64,000 bases of DNA from contig CALKWN010000065.1 in assembly GCA_938004185.1 (NCBI GenBank), forward strand, positions 315,111-379,110, written 5' to 3'. A program made the translations under genes and the position numbers. This DNA comes from an uncultured candidate division WWE3 bacterium. GTDB lineage: Bacteria > Patescibacteriota > WWE3 > UBA101185 > UBA10185. Shown here piece after piece: positions 36,992 to 45,393 of the stretch. Below the pieces are notes generated by a model that was not told the origin of the DNA, searched no databases, and worked only from the letters and a program-made list of their open reading frames with translations. The number at the start of each line of letters is the position of its first letter. Positions within the stretch are counted from its first letter, which is position 1.

Positions 36992-38063
36992 TTATTCCTG
37001 CGGCATCTAAGCTTATTAATCCGGAAGCCTCTGGATCATTTAGCTTGTAGCTACTTAAAGAAAGTAGCATCTTTTTCACATTTTCAACCAAAATACTCGG
37101 AGTTAAATCCTTTTCTTCGATAATTTCCGCAATTCCATAGTTCTTAAGTATTTCTGCATTTCTCATTTGTTCGTTATGACTTACCCAAGGTATTGGTATT
37201 AAAATTGCGGGTTTTTCCAAGGCAAGTAATTCTGTAACCGTGTGTGCTCCTGACCTACCTACAACTAAAGCTGACTTATTAAACGCTTCGCCTATCTCAT
37301 CATCAAAAATAAATTTTCTTAAAAAATACTTACCATTCGACAAACCTCTGACCTCTTCATACATATCCCTAAGCTGCTCGAAATCATTAAATCTAGAATG
37401 ATCACCACACTGGTGAATTATGTTAGCCAGCGCTAAAAGTTCTGCCAAAGATTCCCTCACCACATCGTTTATCAAATGGGAGCCTGATTTTCCTGCAGTA
37501 ATATAAATGGTTGGTAGATCATTTAGGGTTGAGAACGAATCAGACCCAATTTCAAAAACGGATTTTCGTATCGGTACCCCTGAATAAACTATTTTTTTCG
37601 CAGGAAAGTATTTTTCTGAGTCTTTCCAACCTATGCAAATTTTTTTAACAAAGTTTGCTAAAAGCTTGTTCGCGTAGCCTGTAACTACAGTTTGCTCATG
37701 TGTAATTGAAGGAATTCCCAAAAACCAACCTGAAATGACAGTGGGTACGGCAAGATAACCACCGAAAGACAGTATCACATCGGGTTTTATTTCTCTAAGC
37801 CACTTAAATGACTGAATAAAACCGAGAGGTATTCTAGCCAAACGTATCGGATTGTATGTTTTATAAAATTTTCCGGCTTTAAGATCGTAAAAAGGTATGC
37901 CGAGAGAAGTAATCTCCTTATACTCAAGGCTTTCATTTTTATTACTTGCCGCAGAATATTTATGCCCGAACCAATACATAAGAACATCTGGATATCTGTT
38001 TTTTAAAACATCTATTACTGGTAGTGCAGAACTGTGATGTCCACCCGTGATTACTATTTTCAT
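36948..38063 (-). CDS. murG: MurG-family glycosyltransferase (divergent G-loops)
   Basis: TGGH, FGGY, HEQ, GVPIR, GRSGA..VTE, EQ..NA; dcw context. Confidence 0.88.
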   Translation of the reverse strand: MKIVITGGHHSSALPVIDVLKNRYPDVLMYWFGHKYSAASNKNESLEYKEITSLGIPFYDLKAGKFYKTYNPIRLARIPLGFIQSFKWLREIKPDVILSFGGYLAVPTVISGWFLGIPSITHEQTVVTGYANKLLANFVKKICIGWKDSEKYFPAKKIVYSGVPIRKSVFEIGSDSFSTLNDLPTIYITAGKSGSHLINDVVRESLAELLALANIIHQCGDHSRFNDFEQLRDMYEEVRGLSNGKYFLRKFIFDDEIGEAFNKSALVVGRSGAHTVTELLALEKPAILIPIPWVSHNEQMRNAEILKNYGIAEIIEEKDLTPSILVENVKKMLLSLSSYKLNDPEASGLISLDAAGIIANETIKLKKKSGQ

Positions 38064-39229
38064 TTAGAAATCTCCCTTCCTACATTTGCAAGAATTCCGA
38101 GACCCATAAGACTAAAAACCATGCTCGAACCTCCATAGGATATTAAAGGTATTGGGACGCCGGTCAGCGGTAAAATTTGTGTCATTGCACCGATGTTAAC
38201 AAAAAATTGTAATCCTATCCAAGACGTAACACCGGATGCTAACAAACGGCCTCTTAAAGACTTTGCATGCTTTGCAATATCAAATCCCAGATAGATTAAA
38301 TAGGAAAATGCAAAAATTACGACGACCGTACCTGCAAATCCGAATTCTTCACCAATAATCGCAAAAATTGAATCTGATGCTACCTCGGGCAAGTAATAGT
38401 ATTTTTGGCGCGATTGGCCGAATCCTACTCCGAACATGCCGCCGGAACCAAGAGCAATTTGAATTTGCTTTATATGGTAACCTTCACCGCGGTCATCGGC
38501 GTCAAATCCCTTAATTTGAGTCAGCAACCTATCTCTTCTGTATGGAGAAAGGATAATTAGTACCGTTGCCATAATTAAAAGTACCGGAGCAAGCATGAAA
38601 AGGGGTTTTATCGAAGACCCGGAAGCAAAATAAACTACCGTTCCTATTGCCGCAACCATGACCGCAGTAGACATGTTAGGTTGTGCAATTATTAAAACGA
38701 AAAATATACCCGTAATTACGGCATAGAGTTTAAAAGGATTTTTATTATCCTGAAGGACCTTAGGAAGCATTGTAGATAAATACAATATCAATGTAAGTTT
38801 AGTTAACTCGCCGGGTTGAAAACCCACCACACCCAATATAGGAATTTTCGGAAGAGGCGGACCGTTTAAGTAAAGCCATCTGTTCGCTCCGTTTATGCAA
38901 GGTGCAAAAAAAATGTTCCATGAGCAAGGTAGAACTGAAACGATTGCCAGAGCAACAAGAAATATTAATGTTGCTGTAAAAAACAACGCGGCTATCTTGT
39001 CAATTTTTTTATAATCCAGTTTGTAAAAAAAGGTAAATCCTAATAGACCTATAACTACCCAACCTAGCTGAAGAAAAACAAACCTATACGGATCGTTATA
39101 CAGACTATCCGAGTGAATTATTGTGGAATCGGCAATTATAATTATGCCGAAAAGAAGAAACATGAGAACAAGAAAAACGAAAGGCCTGTCTTTTCTTGGC
39201 GATGTTTGGACAGATTTTGATTTAATCAT
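38060..39229 (-). CDS. ftsW: SEDS family protein FtsW
   Basis: INGANRW, FQPGE, GSGG..GVG.GQS.QK, LPE..SD, LPLTGVP.P.ISYGGSS. Confidence 0.93.
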   Translation of the reverse strand: MIKSKSVQTSPRKDRPFVFLVLMFLLFGIIIIADSTIIHSDSLYNDPYRFVFLQLGWVVIGLLGFTFFYKLDYKKIDKIAALFFTATLIFLVALAIVSVLPCSWNIFFAPCINGANRWLYLNGPPLPKIPILGVVGFQPGELTKLTLILYLSTMLPKVLQDNKNPFKLYAVITGIFFVLIIAQPNMSTAVMVAAIGTVVYFASGSSIKPLFMLAPVLLIMATVLIILSPYRRDRLLTQIKGFDADDRGEGYHIKQIQIALGSGGMFGVGFGQSRQKYYYLPEVASDSIFAIIGEEFGFAGTVVVIFAFSYLIYLGFDIAKHAKSLRGRLLASGVTSWIGLQFFVNIGAMTQILPLTGVPIPLISYGGSSMVFSLMGLGILANVGREISK

Positions 39230-39232
39230 AAA

Positions 39233-40318
39233 TTACATGAGCGCAATAAATATTCCGGCAAACGCGCAGAACGCTCCGAAAAGCCAAAATCTAAGAGTTA
39301 CTTTTGTTTCGGGCCAGCCCAAAAGCTCGAAGTGGTGATGAACAGGAGCAAACCTGAATAATCTTTTTTTAGTAATTTTTACGGAAAGCTGCTGAAGCGG
39401 ACTGCTTATTCCGTCAAAAAGAAACACCGCACCAATAATAAGAAACGCAATTTCCCTGTGTAAAAATACGGCCAAAAGCGCCAAGGTCCCCCCTAAAACG
39501 TGGGAACCGACGTTGCCCATAAATATCCTAGCCGGGTAAATATTAAAGTAAAGAAAAGGGAGTATCGCACCGGCAAAGGTAGCACAAAAAATTGCCAACT
39601 GGTTATATCCTAAAACCCTGGAAACAACCCAAAAAGACAAAAATGCTATAAGGGATAAGCCTGCAGCTAAACCGTCTAATCCATCGGTGAAAGCAACGGC
39701 ATTAAGAACAACAATGAAAAGCAAAAATACGAATATCGGATAAAATATTCCGATGTGAACCTCTCCGATTAGCGGGAACCAAATGTAATCCCATCCCAAT
39801 TTGAAATAAACCCAATATGCAACAAAACCCCCGATAAGGCTCTGAATAAGAAACTTAATGTAGGTTTGCATACCGCTGGAATCCGAGCTCCCTACTATTC
39901 GCCAAAATTCTTTAAAAGAACGCCATGGGGAAGATAGGACTCTTAATATACCTCTGGAACCACTTTCTCTTTTTCTATATAGCCAATTGAAATGATATTC
40001 AAAGAATCCCGGAAGACCTGATTTTCTATAAACTTTTGTAAAATCTTCGAATAACCCTAAGAGTCCAGACAACAGGGCTACGAAAATCGGCAAGAGGGTT
40101 TGTGTTCTGGACCTATTAATCAGCAGCGTTAACAACGCTACGACAGAAACAAAAACAAGTCCGCCCATAGTAGGAGTTCCAATTTTTTGAAAGTGACTCT
40201 TTGGTGCGTCACCTCTTACCTCTTCACCCATCTGAAACCTATAAACAAAATTAATCCATATAGGATACACAAGAAATGAAACTATTCCCGCTGCAAATAA
40301 AAATAATAAATCCAACAT
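39233..40318 (-). CDS. mraY: MraY-family translocase with substituted catalytic residues
   Basis: H..K.GTPTMGG, TDGLDGL, P.RIFMG, APVHHHFE..GW.ETKV..RFW; start set at ATG 40318 (TAATG overlap with murA). Confidence 0.88.
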   Translation of the reverse strand: MLDLLFLFAAGIVSFLVYPIWINFVYRFQMGEEVRGDAPKSHFQKIGTPTMGGLVFVSVVALLTLLINRSRTQTLLPIFVALLSGLLGLFEDFTKVYRKSGLPGFFEYHFNWLYRKRESGSRGILRVLSSPWRSFKEFWRIVGSSDSSGMQTYIKFLIQSLIGGFVAYWVYFKLGWDYIWFPLIGEVHIGIFYPIFVFLLFIVVLNAVAFTDGLDGLAAGLSLIAFLSFWVVSRVLGYNQLAIFCATFAGAILPFLYFNIYPARIFMGNVGSHVLGGTLALLAVFLHREIAFLIIGAVFLFDGISSPLQQLSVKITKKRLFRFAPVHHHFELLGWPETKVTLRFWLFGAFCAFAGIFIALM

Positions 40319-41649
40319 TATTCCCGCTGATCCCATATGTTTGCTCCTAAATTTTTTAACTTAATCGAAAAATTCTCAATATACCCGTCGACTATATCAA
40401 TTCCGTCTATGTCACTTCGCCCTTCCGCAACCAGTCCGGCCAAAAGATGAACGGGACCGAACCTGAAATCTGCTATATCAAGCTTTTCTCCCTTTAATTT
40501 TACAGGTCCGTTGGTTTTAGCTACAGTGTACGGCTCTCCTTGCTTTTCGATATCATAGCCATCGTCGCTTATTGCGGGCGCAATACCGACTTCCGAAGGT
40601 CTCAAAAGCTCAATTTTTGCCCCCATCCTGTTTAAGTCCTTTGTGTAGCCGAATCTGTCTGTATAGACAGTGTCGTGAATTAGACTTTCACCGCTGCACT
40701 GTGTTAGAAGAAGCGTAGCCGTCGATTGCCAGTCTGAAATGAAGCCCGGAGTCGGCGCAATTGTAAGATTTGCAGCCTGCAGTTCCTCTCCATGGCGCCA
40801 TATTTTTAAAACATTTTGTGATAACTCGTACCGCGCTCCGATTTTAGTTAAAAAGTTCACAAGAGGAATCATGACGTTTCTATCAATATTTCTAATTTCA
40901 AGATTACCTTTTGTTAATAAAGCTGCCATTGCAAAAATTGCAGCCTCGATCTTATCCGACTGCACACTACATGAAGCGCCTTTAAAAATATTCACTCCCT
41001 TTACTTTAATTACACGTGGTTCGGTTCTCACAACCTCGCCGCCCATTGAATTTATAAGTCCGATTAGATCCTCGATTTCACTTTCTTCGGAAGCATTGTG
41101 TATCTCACTTTCTCCCGCAAGAAAGGACGCGGTCATTATGGCAATATCTGTAGCTAAATGGCTTGGTATTTTAAAGTTAATGTGTGAAGCGGTAGCTGAA
41201 GAGGAAGAAATATAATAGTAACTTTCGTCTTCTTCTACGGTTATACCCAGACTTTTCCAAGCTTCCAGTGTTCTGTTGATATTCGAGATTTCACCTGACA
41301 AAGGTTTAAACTTAGGCAAAGAAGCTTTACCGAATCTAAATAAAAGAGGTGGGACCAACAAAACAGATGTTCTATACTTTGACCCAACATCAAGAGGTAT
41401 TTCATGAGAAGTTATTCCCGACCCATTCAAAATTAATCTACCCGTTCCCGCCCACTCAGCTTTACCTCCAAGTAGTTTAATCATACTGATGTCATCTTCT
41501 ATCGCACCGATTTTCGGAACATTCTGAATAATTACATCATCATTTGAAAACATCGCGGCGGCCATCAATTTTAAGGCTGAGTTTCTTGTGCCGGACACCT
41601 GCACGGTGCCTAACAACGGAGCGCCACCTTCTACGATAACGCCGCTCAT
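40318..41649 (-). CDS. murA: MurA-like enolpyruvyl transferase homolog (divergent active site)
   Basis: GG.PL.G.V.VSG.RNSA, NVP, NA..E.EI.DL, PGF..D.Q, RF....L..MGA.I. Confidence 0.8.
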   Translation of the reverse strand: MSGVIVEGGAPLLGTVQVSGTRNSALKLMAAAMFSNDDVIIQNVPKIGAIEDDISMIKLLGGKAEWAGTGRLILNGSGITSHEIPLDVGSKYRTSVLLVPPLLFRFGKASLPKFKPLSGEISNINRTLEAWKSLGITVEEDESYYYISSSSATASHINFKIPSHLATDIAIMTASFLAGESEIHNASEESEIEDLIGLINSMGGEVVRTEPRVIKVKGVNIFKGASCSVQSDKIEAAIFAMAALLTKGNLEIRNIDRNVMIPLVNFLTKIGARYELSQNVLKIWRHGEELQAANLTIAPTPGFISDWQSTATLLLTQCSGESLIHDTVYTDRFGYTKDLNRMGAKIELLRPSEVGIAPAISDDGYDIEKQGEPYTVAKTNGPVKLKGEKLDIADFRFGPVHLLAGLVAEGRSDIDGIDIVDGYIENFSIKLKNLGANIWDQRE

Positions 41650-41650
41650 A

Positions 41651-41869
41651 TCAGGATAATTTTATTAGGAGAAATGAATTTACTACAAGCAAAACTCCCA
41701 AAACTGCCGTAAGGATAAAAACCGCTTTTTCTACACCCCGCAGTGATCTATAAGCGGTAAATGAGTTCTTTAGACCTGACGACAAACCGGCATTTTTTGT
41801 TTGAATAAGGACCAAAAACACCAACAGTACTGAGATTATTGCCTGTATTATTTTTAAAAAATTAATCAT
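41651..41869 (-). CDS. secG: Preprotein translocase subunit SecG
   Basis: TM-LVLIQ..AGLS...RG.EK..TM pattern; start set at ATG 41869. Confidence 0.8.
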   Translation of the reverse strand: MINFLKIIQAIISVLLVFLVLIQTKNAGLSSGLKNSFTAYRSLRGVEKAVFILTAVLGVLLVVNSFLLIKLS

Positions 41870-41870
41870 A

Positions 41871-42281
41871 TTATTTCTTCTGCGTACAAAGCCACTCAAA
41901 AAAAGTATATACCATTGAGAGGATAAAGGCAGAAAATAAGGCAGACCAGAAGACCGTAAGGCTTTTTGATGGTAGCATAAAGCCGAAAATAATCAAATCA
42001 GACAAAGTGGTCTCAAGTATTGTAAAACCGGGTAAAAACAGTGTTAAAACATACAAAGAAAGTGTAGACAATATAGTTGCAATAAATAAAAAGCCGATCC
42101 CCTTATGAGGAAGACCGAATGTCATTAAAAGAGGCTTTCCGATAAAAAAAAGAAGAGTAAGGGCTAAAGCCAGTACAACAAAAGCTTTTATATCTTCACC
42201 GTAGTATAAAGAAGATAAAACGTAGTTAGTGCAGTACAAAGATATAAGGACAAAAACAAAAGTTCTTATAACCCTCTTCAT
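41871..42281 (-). CDS. Four-TM membrane protein (phage holin 4 / DUF360-like)
   Basis: Four hydrophobic helices; KPLL...LP and PGF pattern. Confidence 0.6.
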   Translation of the reverse strand: MKRVIRTFVFVLISLYCTNYVLSSLYYGEDIKAFVVLALALTLLFFIGKPLLMTFGLPHKGIGFLFIATILSTLSLYVLTLFLPGFTILETTLSDLIIFGFMLPSKSLTVFWSALFSAFILSMVYTFFEWLCTQKK

Positions 42282-42299
42282 ATATAAATTATATCCTGA

Positions 42300-43655
42300 T
42301 TACGGCGCTGTTCCAAAGACCTTCCTGCTTCTTAAAGAATGGTGGTATTTTTGGGCAAATCTGTGACTCTCATCTCTTAAATTAATAAGCAATTTCAATC
42401 CCGGTCTGCTTTTATCAGCCGATATTTCATGAAAACCGTCTTCATAATAAATTACCGTTTCGTCTTTTTTGGCCAGGCCTACCATCGGCACGTCCAGGTT
42501 TAACTTCGTCATAGCACTCATCGCCGAAGACAGCTGCCCCTTACCCCCATCCAAGATGATTAATGACGGCATTCCCCAGCTTTTTCTTTTTCCACCGATC
42601 TCGTGAGCTAAGCGCCTATAAATAACTTCAAATATCATGGCGAAATCATCGGGAGTATTTTTAGTTTTTATTTTAAATTTTTTATACTCACGTTTGTCGA
42701 TTCTTCCGTTTATTGCTGTAACCATTGATCCCACCGCTTCCTTCCCCGAAATGTTCGATATATCGTAGCATTCTATTCTTGTTGGAATTTGTTTCAAAGT
42801 CGGTAATATTTCTACAAGATCTTCGAGAGCTTCTCGCGCAAGATCATCCAGCAAATACGGATTTTCTAAATATTCACCGGGAAGTCTAAATATTTGTCTC
42901 ACATAATTAAAACGGCCTAATACATCCCTTACAGAGGCCGCTTCTTCGTATTTTTTAGCTGTAGAGAGTTTTTTCATGTCTCTTTCGAGCTTTTTTATAA
43001 GCATTGTCGTCTTACCCGATAATATTTTCTTTATGGTTGCTACATTTTTTTTGTTTATTTCTAAAGCTTTTTTACCGTTTACACACGGAGCCGGACAAAG
43101 GTTTATATGACCGTACAAACAAGGACTCTTTAGCTTTCTGTATTTTTCGAATTTTGACACCGAACAATCCCTAAACGGAAAAACTCTTCTCAGCAACCTC
43201 ACAATATTTTTAACCGTAGTCCCGTCTGGATAAGGACCGAAATATGTTTTGTATTTATTGCTACTACCTTTTCTGAATGTTTCAACTGTTTCAATATTTA
43301 CCATCTTACCTTCAACGACAACTTTTTCCGATCTTATCCCAATGTATAAGTAAGATTTATCATCTTTTAAATTAATGTTGAAAACAGGAAGATACTTTTT
43401 AATTAATTCGGCCTCGAGTATGAGTGCTTCCAGCTCACTTTCAACTTCAATGGTTTCAAAAGATGCGATTTTTTCGACAAGTGCGTGTGTTTTAGATCTT
43501 CTATCCAAGTTTATACGGAAATAGGATGATACTCTTGATTTCAGGTTTTTCGCCTTACCCACATAAATCACAGAACCTGAACTGTCCTTATAAATATAGA
43601 CACCCGGCGACTGGGGCAACTTCTTCACTTTTTCTTTTATATTTGAGGAAACCAC
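42300..43655 (-). CDS. uvrC: Excinuclease ABC subunit C (no C-terminal HhH domain)
   Basis: GIY-YIG PGVY..IYVGKAKNL..RV.SYF; C..C cluster; IECYDIS; DGGKGQ; RDESHRFA; GTG start at 43655. Confidence 0.92.
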   Translation of the reverse strand: MVSSNIKEKVKKLPQSPGVYIYKDSSGSVIYVGKAKNLKSRVSSYFRINLDRRSKTHALVEKIASFETIEVESELEALILEAELIKKYLPVFNINLKDDKSYLYIGIRSEKVVVEGKMVNIETVETFRKGSSNKYKTYFGPYPDGTTVKNIVRLLRRVFPFRDCSVSKFEKYRKLKSPCLYGHINLCPAPCVNGKKALEINKKNVATIKKILSGKTTMLIKKLERDMKKLSTAKKYEEAASVRDVLGRFNYVRQIFRLPGEYLENPYLLDDLAREALEDLVEILPTLKQIPTRIECYDISNISGKEAVGSMVTAINGRIDKREYKKFKIKTKNTPDDFAMIFEVIYRRLAHEIGGKRKSWGMPSLIILDGGKGQLSSAMSAMTKLNLDVPMVGLAKKDETVIYYEDGFHEISADKSRPGLKLLINLRDESHRFAQKYHHSLRSRKVFGTAP

Positions 43656-43677
43656 GAAGTTATTGTAGCATTTACCC

Positions 43678-45393
43678 ATGCTCTTAAAGCGTTTTTATAA
43701 GGTTTTTATTACACTAACCGTTGTTCCATTTTTCTTTATACAGGCAAGAGCGGATGAAAATTTCATAATTAACTACGATATAAGGTACGAGATTCAGGAA
43801 AACGGAGAAACTTTAGTTACACAAAATACCACAATTACCAGTCTTAAAAGCGATGTTGTTCCTACAACTTACACCTTTAAAACAAAATACATGGATGTAT
43901 ACGATATATCGGCCGAAACAAACGGCAAGAAAACCGAAGTTCGTAAAGATACTTCCGGAAATAGTGATGTAACCGTAATTGTGCCGTTTTCTACTTATTC
44001 TATAGGGGAAGGAAAACAAAATACCGTAGAACTCACATACAAAACTAAAGGAATAGCCTCAAAAGTAGGGGATGTTTGGAATATTTATATTCAGGGAATA
44101 GACACGCCCGAAACAACCACAATTTACAATATCGTTTTATCTGTTCCCGAATCAATGGGTCCTAAAATATTTGTTTCACCTGCTCCGGCAAGCGAAAAAT
44201 TTGAGAACGGAAAGAACATATACTATTTCGCAAAAGAGAATTTTACTGCAAAAGGAGTATCCGCAGCGTTCGGAAAACATCAATCACTCAATTTTAGAAT
44301 AAAATATCAGCTTGAAAATAATAGAATATTGGGTTCGGTGTACGAAGTAGCCCTTCCGCCTGACATAAAAAATGTGCAGCAAGTCAAATATGACTCAATA
44401 GACCCCAAGCCCAGAAAAATAAGACTGGATAAAGACGGTAACGCTCTGGCGCTTTTTTGGGTGGGTCCTAAGAAAAAACTAGAAGTAACACTTACAGGAC
44501 AAGCAAAAATTCTCGGCAGACAAATAAACCCCGACCTCGGAGGAAAGTTTGAGTCACTGCCTAAGGATCTGATCAGAACTTACACAAAACAGCAAAAATT
44601 TTGGGAAGTAAATAATAAAGAAATACAAAATTTTTCCTCATCTCTTTTCGACTCCGGTCTCAATGTCTCTCAAAACACAAAAAGAATTTACGATTACATT
44701 ACCGCTAATATTTCTTACGATCATTCGGCCGCAGAAAAAAATGTTGTCGAGAGAAAAGGTGCTTTAGCTGCATTAACACAAAGAGGCTCTTTCACGTGTA
44801 TGGAATTTACGGATCTGTTTGTAGCCACGGCAAGGGCTATGGGTATACCGGCCAGGGAAATTAACGGGTACGCCTTTACAAACGACGACATTGAAAAGCC
44901 CATCTCTATAAGCCTCAAAGGAGGGGACACCCTTCACGCCTGGGCAGAATATTACGATCCGTTCTACGGTTGGGTGCAGGTAGATCCGACATGGGGAACA
45001 ACTTCTGGAACTGATTATTTTACAAAACTCGACACTAATCATGTTGCTTTTGCAATAAAAGGTAAAAGTTCGGAATATCCTTATCCTGCCGGAGCATATA
45101 CTTTTAGTGATAATCAAAAATTGGTTGATATAGATTTTTCAGAATCCGGAAATAATTCAACTGACTTTGAACCGGTATTAAAAGTAGTAAAAACCCACAA
45201 TATAAACCCGATAAAAATAATTCTGGGTTATAAAAAATACATAATAGACAATACAAGCGGGTATTTTATTTACGATGTCCAGGGAAAAACTCTGGCTCCG
45301 GGACAAAAGACCTCGGTGTACTTGAGTCCTGAAGAAGATTCAATAAATATCAAGGACTTCAGAGATAAAAATTATTCAATAAAAATTCTTTAA
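43678..45393 (+). CDS. Secreted transglutaminase-like domain protein
   Basis: Signal peptide; catalytic triad CMEF / HAW / DPT. Confidence 0.85.
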   Translation: MLLKRFYKVFITLTVVPFFFIQARADENFIINYDIRYEIQENGETLVTQNTTITSLKSDVVPTTYTFKTKYMDVYDISAETNGKKTEVRKDTSGNSDVTVIVPFSTYSIGEGKQNTVELTYKTKGIASKVGDVWNIYIQGIDTPETTTIYNIVLSVPESMGPKIFVSPAPASEKFENGKNIYYFAKENFTAKGVSAAFGKHQSLNFRIKYQLENNRILGSVYEVALPPDIKNVQQVKYDSIDPKPRKIRLDKDGNALALFWVGPKKKLEVTLTGQAKILGRQINPDLGGKFESLPKDLIRTYTKQQKFWEVNNKEIQNFSSSLFDSGLNVSQNTKRIYDYITANISYDHSAAEKNVVERKGALAALTQRGSFTCMEFTDLFVATARAMGIPAREINGYAFTNDDIEKPISISLKGGDTLHAWAEYYDPFYGWVQVDPTWGTTSGTDYFTKLDTNHVAFAIKGKSSEYPYPAGAYTFSDNQKLVDIDFSESGNNSTDFEPVLKVVKTHNINPIKIILGYKKYIIDNTSGYFIYDVQGKTLAPGQKTSVYLSPEEDSINIKDFRDKNYSIKIL

